Positions 25,950 to 37,645 of a stretch of DNA of 64,000 nucleotides are shown in pieces. A program made the position numbers and the translations under genes. The notes under the pieces were generated by a model. It worked only from the letters and a program-made list of their open reading frames with translations. It did no database searches and was not told the DNA's origin. Positions within the stretch are counted from its first letter, which is position 1. The number at the start of each line of letters is the position of its first letter. The DNA comes from Octopus sinensis. Lineage: Eukaryota. The stretch spans positions 126,976,001 to 127,040,000 of the forward strand of contig NC_043001.1 of assembly GCF_006345805.1 (NCBI RefSeq). The letters are read 5' to 3'.

Positions 25950-26213
25950 ATATATACGTTTATATATTTGTTTTGCAAGGTTTTTGATGTGAAATCTTGT
26001 GTTGAAACAGATATTGTTGTATTTAGGAATGGCCATTTTGCCAGTTTAGCCACTGATGAGGTCACAGAAGTGTGACGAAAGAACTCTGGCCGAAATAAGA
26101 TTAAGATTAATGTAAAAAATAAATAACGCTCAAGCAAAATAACACCAAATATAGTGTGTGTGTGTTTTTATTGGCTAAACTGGCAAAATGACCATTCCTA
26201 AATACAACAATAT
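25950..26213 (+). mobile_element. Penelope-like pseudo-LTR fragment with 42-bp inverted terminal segment
   Basis: 26011-26052 is the reverse complement of 26172-26213 (1 mismatch); contains the hammerhead; a homologous reverse copy lies at 54526-54770; flanked by (TA)n. Confidence 0.6.
26049..26090 (+). ncRNA. Minimal type I hammerhead ribozyme motif with intact core
   Basis: GCCA-CTGATGA-G-GTCACA(GAAG)TGTGAC-GAA-AG(AA)CT-C-TGGC: helix I GCCA/TGGC, core CUGAUGA and GAAA, 6-bp helix II, 2-bp helix III, CUC triplet with predicted cleavage after 26086. Confidence 0.75.
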
Positions 26214-26242
26214 ATATATGTATGTAATGTATGTATATATGT

Positions 26243-26340
<98 letters not shown>

Positions 26341-26739
26341 CTATATTGTCTAAGTTCTTTAGCACATGATATGTTTACAAATAATATATTGTAGTTATGC
26401 CGTTTCCGTAAAATATAGTTTAACATCAAGAAGACAGATCAGTAATATATTATTCATGACATCATAATGATTTCCGTTTTTGGTTACTGAAAAGGAAGAA
26501 CCACGGGGAGCAACTGCACTTTAGTATATTCAATCGGAGCAACAATGAAATAATTTATTAATTGCTGTTTATTTTCGCAACGGTGAGGATTCAAAATGTT
26601 TAATCCAGTTCCAATTTTCGTATTAGTAGCAGACTTCGGCTGCGTCCGTTTTGTTCAATACTAGTCTGGATATCACAAAGTATGCCCATTCACTACTTTC
26701 GATAAAATCATTATGTTTAACCGAAAGACACATACGCGT

Positions 26740-26977
26740 GTGCACATACATACATACATACATACATACATACATACATACATACATACATGTATGCATG
26801 CATGCATACATACATACATGCATACATACATACATACATGTATGCATGCATGCATACATACATACATACATACATGTATGCATGCATACATACATACATG
26901 CATACATACATACATACATACATACATACATACATACATACATACATACATACATACATACATACATACATACATAC
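26740..26977. repeat. (CATA)n/(CATG) microsatellite
   Basis: Directly visible. Confidence 0.95.
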
Positions 26978-27285
26978 TGGGGCATTGGAATATGTAACTG
27001 CCTAAATACCAATCTTGAAACATTATGCTTCTCAAAACTAGAATGGAGAAAGCTAATCCGAAGACTATAGACCCAAGCCATCACTGGAACTGTGAAAATC
27101 TGTAAAACTTTCTAGAACTTTATCATTTAAGTATATATGAGCAGGTCTAGACATACAAGTATATGCATGAAGATATATACATAAAACAAAACATACAAAT
27201 CTACACATATACATACAAAAATACCTTCTGGATGTTGTTGAAATTCCAGCAAAGGAGCTTCGATCTAGGTTAGAACCGATTCTCT

Positions 27286-27655
27286 GTGAAGTTGTGTGTC
27301 TGTCTCCTACGATTTAGATTCCTAACTACTCCCACATTTTGCGGTGCAGTTTAACCAAAACCGGGTATCGTATAGTCGTGATTCATATCGAGCCCTTCTG
27401 GGTATTAGCGTGCGTCTACGATGAGTCTACGATTAAAAAAAAACTTTACCATCATTTGTTTCCATTTCAATGCATTTTTCGCTATTATATAAGGGAAGTA
27501 ACTCTCTAAAAATGTCTACGATGAGTCAACGATTTAAAAAAAAAAATACCATAATTTTTGATGCATTTTTTGCTATTTTTTGGCTATAACTCTCTAAAAA
27601 TGCTTATATAGTTATTTCCCTTACAAACCCGAGCAACGCCGGGCGATACTGCTAG
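27286..27655 (+). mobile_element. Non-autonomous Helitron, copy 4 (5' end clipped)
   Basis: Reverse complement of the 11102-11501 type; ends cccgagcaacgccgggcgatactgCTAG|T at 27655/27656. Confidence 0.85.
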
Positions 27656-28267
27656 TCTTGAAATAAAATTGATATGCATGTACGCCGTAGTTGCGTAGTC
27701 TGCAACATTATATCATAGTTGAGTCTGCATGAGATACTAGCGCAGCATCAAAGTAGTGAAATATTTTTTTTATCCCTCTGTTAATAAGAAGACAAAATGT
27801 TTTATCCCTCTGTTAATAAGAAGACAAACTGTTTCAACATAGTTCCATCCTTTGTCATTGTGTTGGACAAGTTTTAAAAAGTCTAAAATTCATCTTAATT
27901 TTATTAGATCTAGCAATTAACATGCCCTCTTTTCAATCCTAACAGCTCCATCCAAGGGCCTTATATCCAATAAGAAACACTGTTGTCGCTAGGATTAAAC
28001 ATTTTCATGTTAGCCACTACATGGCACCGGCAATGACTGGTGTCCCTGCATTCTATCGACTTTGTATATTACTGAGTTATTCTATGGTTAGTTTGCGGTT
28101 GCCCTGTTAGTTGGATACACACAGTAAGGTTAGTTACGTGGGGCAGTCGGTAAGTACAGAGAAGCATCAGCAAATGATACTGGTTATATATTGTTTTAGC
28201 TTAGAATGTTTTCTACCAAATGGGTGATATCCTCTGTGTGTGTGTGCGTGCGCGCGCGCGCGCGTGT

Positions 28268-28335
<68 letters not shown>

Positions 28336-28610
28336 ACGTGTACAACTAGTTGAGTAAATCACTTTTAGATTTTAACTTAGGAATCATGTCTGGAGCAGTT
28401 TCTGTAGACTGCTGATTAAACAAAAGTCAAAATGTTGACTCAATGATATTTTAGTCCAGAAATATTTTGTGCTAAACTGAATATTGTAGAGGAGCCCAAA
28501 TGACGTTCCAGTAGTTAATGTAACCAACATAATGGTATAATGTTTAATAACCAGCTTCTTAAAGCTTAAGAAGCTGGCTATTAAATACTATACTTTTAAA
28601 TACTATACAA

Positions 28611-28840
28611 TGCGGCGAGCTGGCAGAAACGTTAGCACACCAGGCGAAATGCGTAGCCGTATTTCGTCTGCCGTTACGTTCTGGGTTCAAATTCCGCCGA
28701 GGTCGACTTTACCTTTCATCCTTTCGGGGTCGATAAATTAAGTACCGGTTACGCACTGGGGTCGATGTAATCGACATAACCCGTTTGTCTGTCCTTGTTT
28801 GTCCCCTCTGTGTTTAGCCCCTTGTGGGTAGTAAAGAAAT
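28611..28840 (+). mobile_element. Full-length SINE family A
   Basis: gcggcgagctggcagaaacgttagc...gggtagtaaagaaat; ttaaatactata repeated on both sides (probable TSD). Confidence 0.9.
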
Positions 28841-30219
28841 ATATTAAATACTATATTTTTGTTCAATATAGAAACATATTGCAAAGGAATAATAAAGCAA
28901 GTGCATAAGCTGTAAATTTTTCTTAACATTTTGCAAACGCAGTGGAGTAAAATAATTCAGTGATGGTGACTTAGTGATGTAAAGTCTATACAGTACAAGT
29001 CAGAATGCGCTGGATTTTTGTGTACGTTATTATACGTAACACGGCTTTTATTAAAATTTCGAGCACGTTCTTTTGATGAGAATTTCAGCTAAAATCGATT
29101 TGAGTAATAACTATATAGTTCAAGTAATAATTCTACCCACTCGTGCTGAATGTTTCTACATGATCACGAGATCTCATAGAAATGGCAGTCAAATCTATTT
29201 TTATCAAACTGCACTCTCTCATCTTTAAAGAAAAGTGACTAAAACTCATTACATAATGTAGCCCTGGATATATTGTGACAGAAAAAGGCGGCGGGGGCTG
29301 GTACATCTGCAATACTTTATGTATCAGATTCAGGAATGCTCACCTGAGATTATTACACAATTCTGACAACAGGTAACAGTTAACTTCCTAACATCCATCA
29401 ATTATGTATCCCCATTCTCTCACTCACACACCCATACATTCACAAACTCACACGCCCACACTTACACGCATGCACACACAACAAGGTAACATATGAATAA
29501 CATTCGGGTAATTTCGGAAAGATAATAATGGATCAGGTGACTGAACACCGCGTTATTTATTTATCTATTTATTTTCTCATTTCAAGTAAATCAGTTTTCA
29601 GAACAACAACTGAAATTATAACAAGCAAACAGATTCAAATGCGAACGCACACGCACTCAAACAAATAAACACTGACACCTACACACACACATAGACGTAC
29701 GCAAACACACACAAAAATACAATTCACAAACACAAACAAATTCATGGGGGATGTTCCAATCGATTATATCTGCAGCTTCCAAAAAGAGGCACCATCTGCT
29801 TGACAGTTAAGTCTTCAATTGAAAACAATTAATGACTTGCATCTTTGCCAAATATTTCTTCATCAATATATCTTCTGTCGCCATTATGATTATATATATT
29901 ATATATATATTATATACATTATAATTATTTCTTTTCCTCTCAACGTTTCGGCAGTATATCTCATTTAACGAAACTGGTTGACCATATTTCTAATCAATCT
30001 AAATTTACTAATTGTATACCTTATTTAACATAACTTTCTGTTAGCATATCTCAACTCAATAAACTTTCTGCATATCTCATTTAACTAAACGGATTGACCC
30101 AATATCTCATCCCAATAAACTTACTAACTGTATATCTCATTAGCCTAAACCGACTGGCTCTATATCGCCTCTAAACTTGCTAAATATATATACATACGTG
30201 CGTGCGCGGGCGCGTGTGT

Positions 30220-30270
<51 letters not shown>

Positions 30271-30273
<3 letters not shown>

Positions 30274-30569
30274 TTCTACCTCCATTTTTCCACTTGTGTC
30301 ACCACCACTTACACCTACACAGACATTCACTACTTCTCAACATAACCCTTTTCCTTCCGGTCTTTCAAAATGTGACCTCGTGTGTACCGTTGGCGATTTT
30401 TTTTCCTTTGTCTTCCCTTCTCTGGATCTTTCCTTCTCCTATGTTTCCGACGAAGAACTCCGCTCGAAACGTTAAACCCTCCTTTCCTTCTTTCCTGAGC
30501 GTCCAATAATACTATGTTTGTTCCACGTCCTCGCGTTGTTGTGTTTTTTGTGCTTTCTTGTTTGGATTA

Positions 30570-30572
<3 letters not shown>
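30271..30572 (+). mobile_element. Penelope-like 3' fragment in (TA)n with hammerhead-like motif at 30443-30477
   Basis: GTTT-CCGACGAA-GAAC(tcc)GCTC-GAA-ACGT-T-AAAC; element bounded by (TA)n on both sides. Penelope origin is inference. Confidence 0.55.
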
Positions 30573-30637
<65 letters not shown>

Positions 30638-30694
30638 ATCGACAGCACTTACTGTTTGAAAATCTCAACTAAATATATTTTTGGACATTACATC

Positions 30695-31200
30695 TCGTGC
30701 GGCTCAAGATTGTAAGGTCGTCAGTTAGATAAGTGGTGATGCATTGTGTCTGCGAGCGAGGCACTTTATATCCATTTCTTTATTACCCACATGGGGCTAA
30801 ACATAGAAGGGACAAACAAGGACAGACATAGGTATTAAGTCGATTACATCGACCCCAGTGCGTAACTGGTACTTAATTTATCGACCCCGAAAGGATGAAA
30901 GGTAAAGTCGACCTCGGCGGAATTTGAACTCACAACGTAACGGCAGACGAAATACCGCTAAGCATTTCGCCCGACGTGCTAACGTTTCTGCCAGCTCGCC
31001 TTTATATCACGTTGCTCCAGTCCACTCAGCCGGAAAAGATGAGTTGTACCTGTAATTCAAATGACCAGCTTTGTCACATCCTGCGTCACGCTGAATCTCC
31101 CCGAAAATTACATTAAAGGTACGCATGTCTGTGGAATACTCAGCCATTTGCACGTTAATTTCAGGAGCAGGCTGTTCTGTTGTTCGGTTCAGCTGGAGTG
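30695..31200 (+). mobile_element. Old SINE (family C-like head/core, family D-like tail) interrupted by a family A SINE
   Basis: gcactttatatc|...|tttatatcacgttgctccagtccactcagc matches family C core; 31040-31195 matches the family D tail. Confidence 0.7.
30773..31000 (-). mobile_element. Full-length SINE family A with 8-bp TSD
   Basis: TTTATATC at 30765-30772 and 31001-31008. Confidence 0.9.
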
Positions 31201-32516
31201 CCAGTTTATTTTTTCTAACTGAAAAGATATGATGTAAGAAACACTTCTCCTTCTTCATCCACCCCCATCTACACCGGGTCTTACGTACTTCCAATTTCTT
31301 TTGTGACAATATCTGGAATTGTTTTCTATCAGAATAATAATTTTGGAGCGCAAATAGCCCAATAAATAATGAATGGGCAGTTTGTTCTTTTTTGATCAAT
31401 GTTACATTCTGTCATTGACCAAGGCACTTACTTTCCAAAGGGCATAGTCCACCATGTAAATAACACGTAGTTTGAGAACAATTTATTTATTTCAGGTGCA
31501 TCAGTGAGTTAAAATAAATAATTGTCTCGTTGATTTACCATTCTATGTGCACTAAAAGAATCAGTTTCCAACGATTAGATACTGGCAAGGAAGGTGTATG
31601 TCTCTTAACCGTTTAACGTCACGTAACGAGTAGAAAAGCAACGGACCAAAAGTTTATGAAGATCAAAGATAATTGGTACCAGATTACATTCCTGTTTTGC
31701 CGGATTACATTCTTGTTACATTCTTACTTCTAGCGGAGTTTATTCTGTTGCAAGCATTTTGGCCAATCTCCGTTTTGGGGATAACTTCGTTCCTCCTTCT
31801 CTTCAGCTAATCTCAGAAGTGATCTGTCTCTCAGCCGTTTAATATCACAAAACAATGAGAGAAGCATTGGAACAATGATCTACCGAGATCTGGGATAACT
31901 GGCACCAAGCTACATTTTTGTTCTTGAGTGCTAGAGTTAATCCGTCATCCGGTTTGACACCACCTTTGGTCCCAAAATGCATTTAACGGAGTCTATCATT
32001 TTGCAAGCACATGGACCAACTCTCTATTTAGGGGATAACTTTGTTCCTCGATCTCACCAGTTTTCAAAGCTCTGGGAAGAATCACCGGTGCCGTCCTTTT
32101 ACCTTTGACTATACTATTTTTAAAATATCTTCAGATTAATTTTTTTAACTTTTCACTGAATCCCCAATTCTATTTAAGGCACATATATAAAGCTACACTA
32201 ACATTAAATCTGCCACCAAAAAATCAGATTTCTGACAAATAGACTTGAAGTAATACTTGTCTAATCACTTCATCTACCTTTTTACCAGCATTACTAAAAG
32301 ATGTCCAGTACAATCTACAATAACACTCAGCAAGATAAAATCCGTTAACTGAACCAATGAAGAAGTATGTGTGTGGTTTCTAGCGCAGTCAGAGGTAGCA
32401 GCCCAATCACCTCACAAATCATAACCTGCTGTTTTAAAGAGAAGAGGGATATAACATATAACACTAGCTTATGTACCCCTAAATGACGGGACGGCCAATT
32501 CTGGAATTTCTTTGAT

Positions 32517-32902
32517 GTGGAAGCACTCCGTCGGTTACGACGACGAGGGTTCCGATTGATCCGAATCAACGCAACAGCCTGCTCGTGAAATTAACGTGTA
32601 AGTGGCTGAGCACTCCACAGACACGTGTACCCTTAACGTAGTTCTCGGGGATATTCAGCGTGACACAGAGAGTGACAAGGCCGGCCCTTTGAAATACAGG
32701 TACAACAGAAACAGGAAGTAAGAGTGAGAGAAAGTTGTGGTGAAAGAGTACAGCAGGGATCACCACCATCCCCTGCCGGAGCCTCGTGGAGTTTTAGGTG
32801 TCTTCGCTCAATAAACACTCACAACGCCCGGTCTGGGAATCGAAACCGCGATCCTATGACCGCGAGTCCGCTGCCCTAACCACTGGGCCATTGCGCCTCC
32901 TT
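32517..32902 (-). mobile_element. tRNA-headed SINE family D with 13-bp TSD
   Basis: Minus head ggaggcgcaatggcccagtggttagggcagcgg...gtttcgattccc (A/B boxes); GAATTTCTTTGAT at 32504-32516 and 32903-32915; near-identical to 55470-55855. Confidence 0.92.
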
Positions 32903-33715
32903 GAATTTCTTTGATATCTGTTTGACGAAGCTGAACTTGAGTTAAACAACATCATCGTCAAAACGACCATCAACTTTAACATCTAAATATCATCCCAACA
33001 ACATCAATGACAACAACAACACGACACTCCACAGCAACAGTAATAGCAATATTCCTAAAAATTGATACAAGATTCTGAAAACAGTATGATGATGTCAAAA
33101 TGTTGAACAAATATTTGAGTATCTCTCTCTCTCTCCACTGTTATTCTGTGTCTTCTTTCTCGCTTCCTATCCCCCTCTCGCTTCCTCTTTCTCCATTTAG
33201 CTCTCTCTTACTCCTTTGTTGTCTCTCTTTTTCTCTACATACCTGTCCCTTTTCTCTTTCTCTCCTTCTCTTTATCTTTCTATTCAGTACCATTGTGAAA
33301 ACACATTATCATTGTTATCAAATTCACATCAAATAAACCAACGAAGGAGCCCCTATGTAGTCGTCCGACCAGCTAGAAATGGCATCAACACCTCCTTCAA
33401 ATTCATACTACTCTGTCCTATCTTATTACTGTGGTCATTGTGGTATTCATTAATGACGTTGCACCCAAATTGCGCCACAGTTTTCAGTTTTCTACAGCAC
33501 TCTGTGAGTAAGCGAAATTAAGTCACGTCCACTCTTTGATGTAAAAAGGCTGTCTTTTCCTTGGCCTACCTTCCACTGTGCCTTTGTCCCTTCTACGCTG
33601 GAGCTTCTTGTGATGTGGCCATGCCATTTCAGTTCTTTTGTCTTTACAATTTTTAACAGATCCATGTGTGGTCCAATCGTCTTGCTTTTTTATCCGCACA
33701 TGTAGTATTCTCTTA

Positions 33716-34085
33716 TTGTTTTATTCTTTTAATTGTTTCAGTCATTTGACTGCGGCCATGTTGGAGCACCACCTTAAGGGGTTTTAGTCAAACAAATCGA
33801 CCCCAGGACTTATTCTTTGTAAGCCAAGTACTTATTCTATCGGTCTCTTTTGCCGAACCGCTAGGTTACACGGACATAAACACACCACCATCGGTTGTCA
33901 AACGGTGGCATGGTGACAAACACAGATACACACACATAAATACATGTATATACGAAAGACTTCTTTCAGTTTCCCTCTAACAAATCCACTCGCAAGACAC
34001 TTGCCCAAGTAGGAGACACTTGCCCAAGGTGCTATGCTGTGGGACTGAACCCGGTGCCATATTGTTGGGAAGCAAGCGTCTTTAT
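33716..34085 (-). mobile_element. SINE family B, diverged
   Basis: Reverse-complement match to 35111-35505. Confidence 0.85.
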
Positions 34086-34399
34086 TTCATTACATTTGCC
34101 ATAAAGGCATAAAACAGATGGAAGCTTGCGAGATGGACACAGACACAATGGTAATGGAAATGAAAAAGGAGATGGTTGGTGGGGGAAGCAGACAATACCC
34201 GTCGATTGTTACTTCCCGAAAACATTGTTCTTTTTTTAAAAAAAACACAAGCGAAGCATTGAACCTCTTACAACAGTTACAAATTGAGGCGCCGAGCCTC
34301 TTACCAATTAAATCTTTCAAAAGTTAAGCAAATACATTCAATCGCTCTTTCAAATTAAGGCGCTAAGCCTCTTACCAAAATCACCAAGTTCAAATTGAG

Positions 34400-34760
34400 G
34401 CACTAAGACCTCCTAATCTATCTCTCCGACTAAGTCTCTTCCCACAATACGACGGAAGAAACAAAATTTCTTTGCCCTCTAATGGCTGGCTCGCAAATTT
34501 GCGAGCCTCCTCAGGGGTGTTAAATAGCAACCATACCGCTGCATACTTGACACCCCCTGGAAATAAATTTTATAGATGGTAGATACTCTGCCAAATCTTT
34601 TTGCAATTTGCATATTTTTAAAGAGGGTGATGGTGTCGAGCGACTTTAAGTAAGTCCTCAACACCACCGTACTCTTTTCAAAATCTTTCATCCACTGTTT
34701 GGGTGGGATAATCTCCCACTGCAACGCAATGTTGTTCATCTTTTTTGCCATGTTTTGGGG
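34400..34760 (-). pseudogene. Frameshifted coding-like segment, possibly retroelement ORF1 (RRM-like)
   Basis: Joining two frames gives WEIIPPKQWMKDFEKSTVVLRTYLK...STIYKIYF/PGGVKYAAVWLLFNTPEEARKFASQPLEGKEILFLPSYCGKRLSR; protein-like composition. Family assignment is inference only. Confidence 0.35.
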
Positions 34761-35110
34761 GAAAAAAGTTCACAGAAAAATAAAAGTTCAAAGAGCTAAA
34801 AAAAACAAAAATGAAGGAAGGAAGGAGAAAAGAGAAAAAACAGTTAAAAAACACAGCAAACTATTCTTCTGGCTGTTTTGGTACTCCTGGCCAACTCGGT
34901 AATCCACTTGGTAATCCAGGGCACAAAGCAGTCACACAACAATTTCACCAAAAATTGGGCAAAAAATAAGCACAATGTTCGCAATTATTGGAGTAGGGAT
35001 ACGCCCCCAAAACACACTTCTCACCGCTAAGTGAGACTCTAAGTACAACTGCAGTCATACAAATGCCCGGATCCCTCAGTGGAGATTTCTTGTTCCACAA
35101 AATAAATACA

Positions 35111-35505
35111 GTGGCTGTGTGGTAAGTAGCTTGTTTACCAACCACATGGTTCCGGGTTCAGTTCCACTGCGTGGCACCTTGGGCAAGTGTCTTCTACTAT
35201 AGCCTCGGGCCGACCAAAGCCTTGTGAGTGGATTTGGTAGACGGAAACTGAAAGAAGCCCGTCGTATATATGTATATATATGCGTGTGTGTGTTTGTGTG
35301 TCTGTGTTTGTCCCCCTAGCATTGCTTGACAACCGATGCTGGTGTGTTTATGTCCCCGTTACTTAACGTTTCGGCACAAGAGACCGATAGAATAAGTACT
35401 GGGCTTACAAAAGAATAAGTCCCGGGGTCGAGTTGCTCGATTAAAGGCGGTGCTCCAGCATGGCCGCAGTCAAATGACTGAAACAAGTAAAAGAGTAAAA
35501 GAGTA
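35111..35505 (+). mobile_element. SINE family B
   Basis: gtggctgtgtggtaagtagc...ggttcagttcc...(AAAAGAGT)n tail; internal (TA/TG)n tract. Confidence 0.9.
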
Positions 35506-35952
35506 CATATGAGCAACAAACCCCCACTGAATTTCCCCCCCAAAACAAATGTCTTAACTTGTAGCTGTGTTTCACTTGTTCAATGATTCACGACTTTGGT
35601 GTACAGCGCCGTGACTCCTAGCAGTGCAAAGAAAAAGAAACACTGACCAACTTATGCGCTGAAGCAAGCTTCTTACCACACAACCATGCCTGTGTCTATT
35701 TTTTTTTTTTAAAAAGAGAGAATTTTAAAATAAATAAGACATTGGATAGAGTGATCCTGGGTTTCTAGCAAAAAGATAGTAGGTCACATCTGGGTTGACT
35801 TTAGCCATGAGTATCTTCGATCAATTATGACCTGGCGCTAAACAACAAAAAACGGTAGTAATAGAAGAAATGACAATCAAGCAAGAAATATAAGCAAACG
35901 TCGAGAAGATTGTAACTGGAACATCTTTGGTCACAGATCAAACCTGGAGCTG

Positions 35953-36186
35953 AACTACAACAGAAATGTAGTCAATTTAACTACGTCAGAAATGTAGTCA
36001 ATTTAACTACGTCAGAAATGTAGTCAATTTAACTACAACAGAAATGTAGTCAATTTAACTACGTCAGAAATGTAGTCAATTTAACTACAACAGAAATGTA
36101 GTCAATTTAACTACGTCAGAAATGTAGTCAATTTAACTACAACAGAAATGTAGTCAATTTAACTACGTCAGAAATGTAGTCAATTT
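35953..36186. repeat. 9 x 26-bp tandem minisatellite, two unit variants
   Basis: aactac[aa|gt]cagaaatgtagtcaattt, order A B B A B A B A B, no spacers. Confidence 0.95.
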
Positions 36187-36608
36187 GCTCTCGGCCATTA
36201 ATCTATACCAACACCATCATCATTACTACAAATACTTCAACCATCACCACTAACACCACCACCACCACCGCCACTACCACCACCACAACCACTTTTCCCC
36301 GTCATCAAACTCGTAATTATCTTCATTAATCTAATTAGACTAAGAAGTCGAAACATGGCCCCCCTTCCACACACACACACACACACACATACATACCGGC
36401 ATATATATACTTAATAAACTGTCAAGCATGTATTCATGCGCATATATAGGTGTAATACAAATAGGTGTGTATATTTACACTTCTTAAGAAACACTCCATT
36501 AACGGTTATATACAAGCATTCTCACAAACACATATCACATATATGTGTGTGTGTTTGTGTGTGTGTGTACGTGTGCATATATGTATGCATAGACAAATAT
36601 CTATATAC

Positions 36609-36713
<105 letters not shown>

Positions 36714-37249
36714 CACATACACAGCCTACAATCATACTAATCAAGAACCTCATCAGCAACAACATCAACAACAACGAATACAATAACCATAGTTTCTTCT
36801 GTTAAAAGATTAAATTACTGTTTGCAAATGAAGAATTCTGCAGAGAATATCCACTGAATATCAGTTGTTTATTTTCCTGGGATTTGCATATGATACAACA
36901 ATCGTATATTATAGGACAAATGTTAGAATAAAACATGGCTGAATATAACTAGAAATCATACCTAACGTCTGAATGTGGGATAATGAAGTAGACAATGGGA
37001 TATTAAATAGTATTATATTATAACTGTGACAATGAATTAACGTTAATAGCATTGGCTGTGTGGTGGGAGTGGACACGTGGGTAGCAGCAGCAACAACTGA
37101 GTTAGGCAGAAGTTGTGGAGATAAAAAAGAATCACGGCGGTAGAAATAGAAAAAAAAAACGGTGACTCGATGGCAGTGTTTGTAGTGTTTACGACAACTA
37201 CAGCAACAGAAAAAACAGGTATGATAAGAACAGCAACAACAACAATAAT

Positions 37250-37645
37250 AATGTTGGTTTCAAATTTTGGCACAAGGCCAGCAATTTCGGAGGAGCGGGT
37301 AGATCGATTACATTGATCCCATTGTTCAACTGCTATTTATTTTATCCATATCGAAGTCCACCTTGGCGAAATTTGAACTCGGAAAGCAAGAACGGACTAA
37401 ATGCGGCTAGGTATTTCACCCGGCATGTTGACTATTCTGCCAGCTCACCGCCTTAGCAGCAACAGTAATATTGGTTTGAAATTTTGGTATAGGGCCAACA
37501 ATTTCGAGGGATGGAGGTGAATAGATTAAATCGATCCCAGTTCTCAACAGATGCTTATTTTGTCGATCACGATAGGATGAATGGCAAAGTGGACCTTGAT
37601 GGAATTTGAACTCAGAAAGTAAGGACGGACGAAAAGCCGCTAATA
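37250..37645 (-). mobile_element. Two tandem decayed SINE family A-related copies
   Basis: Two successive diverged matches (aatttgaactc...ggacgaaatgc...ctgccagctcaccgcc), about 37250-37455 and 37470-37645. Confidence 0.7.

Noticed and set aside
29050-29095. Hammerhead-like motif on the minus strand (CTCATCAAAAGAACGTGCTCGAAA)
   Set aside because: Both essential core Gs are absent and helices are weak; indistinguishable from chance.
32566-32818. Conserved small ORFs MFIER.HLKLHEAPAG / MVVIPAVLF (repeated at 55520-55771)
   Set aside because: They lie wholly within SINE family D copies; the conservation reflects the repeat.
35953-36186. CRISPR array
   Set aside because: Repeats are directly adjacent with no unique spacers, there are no cas genes and the context is eukaryotic.
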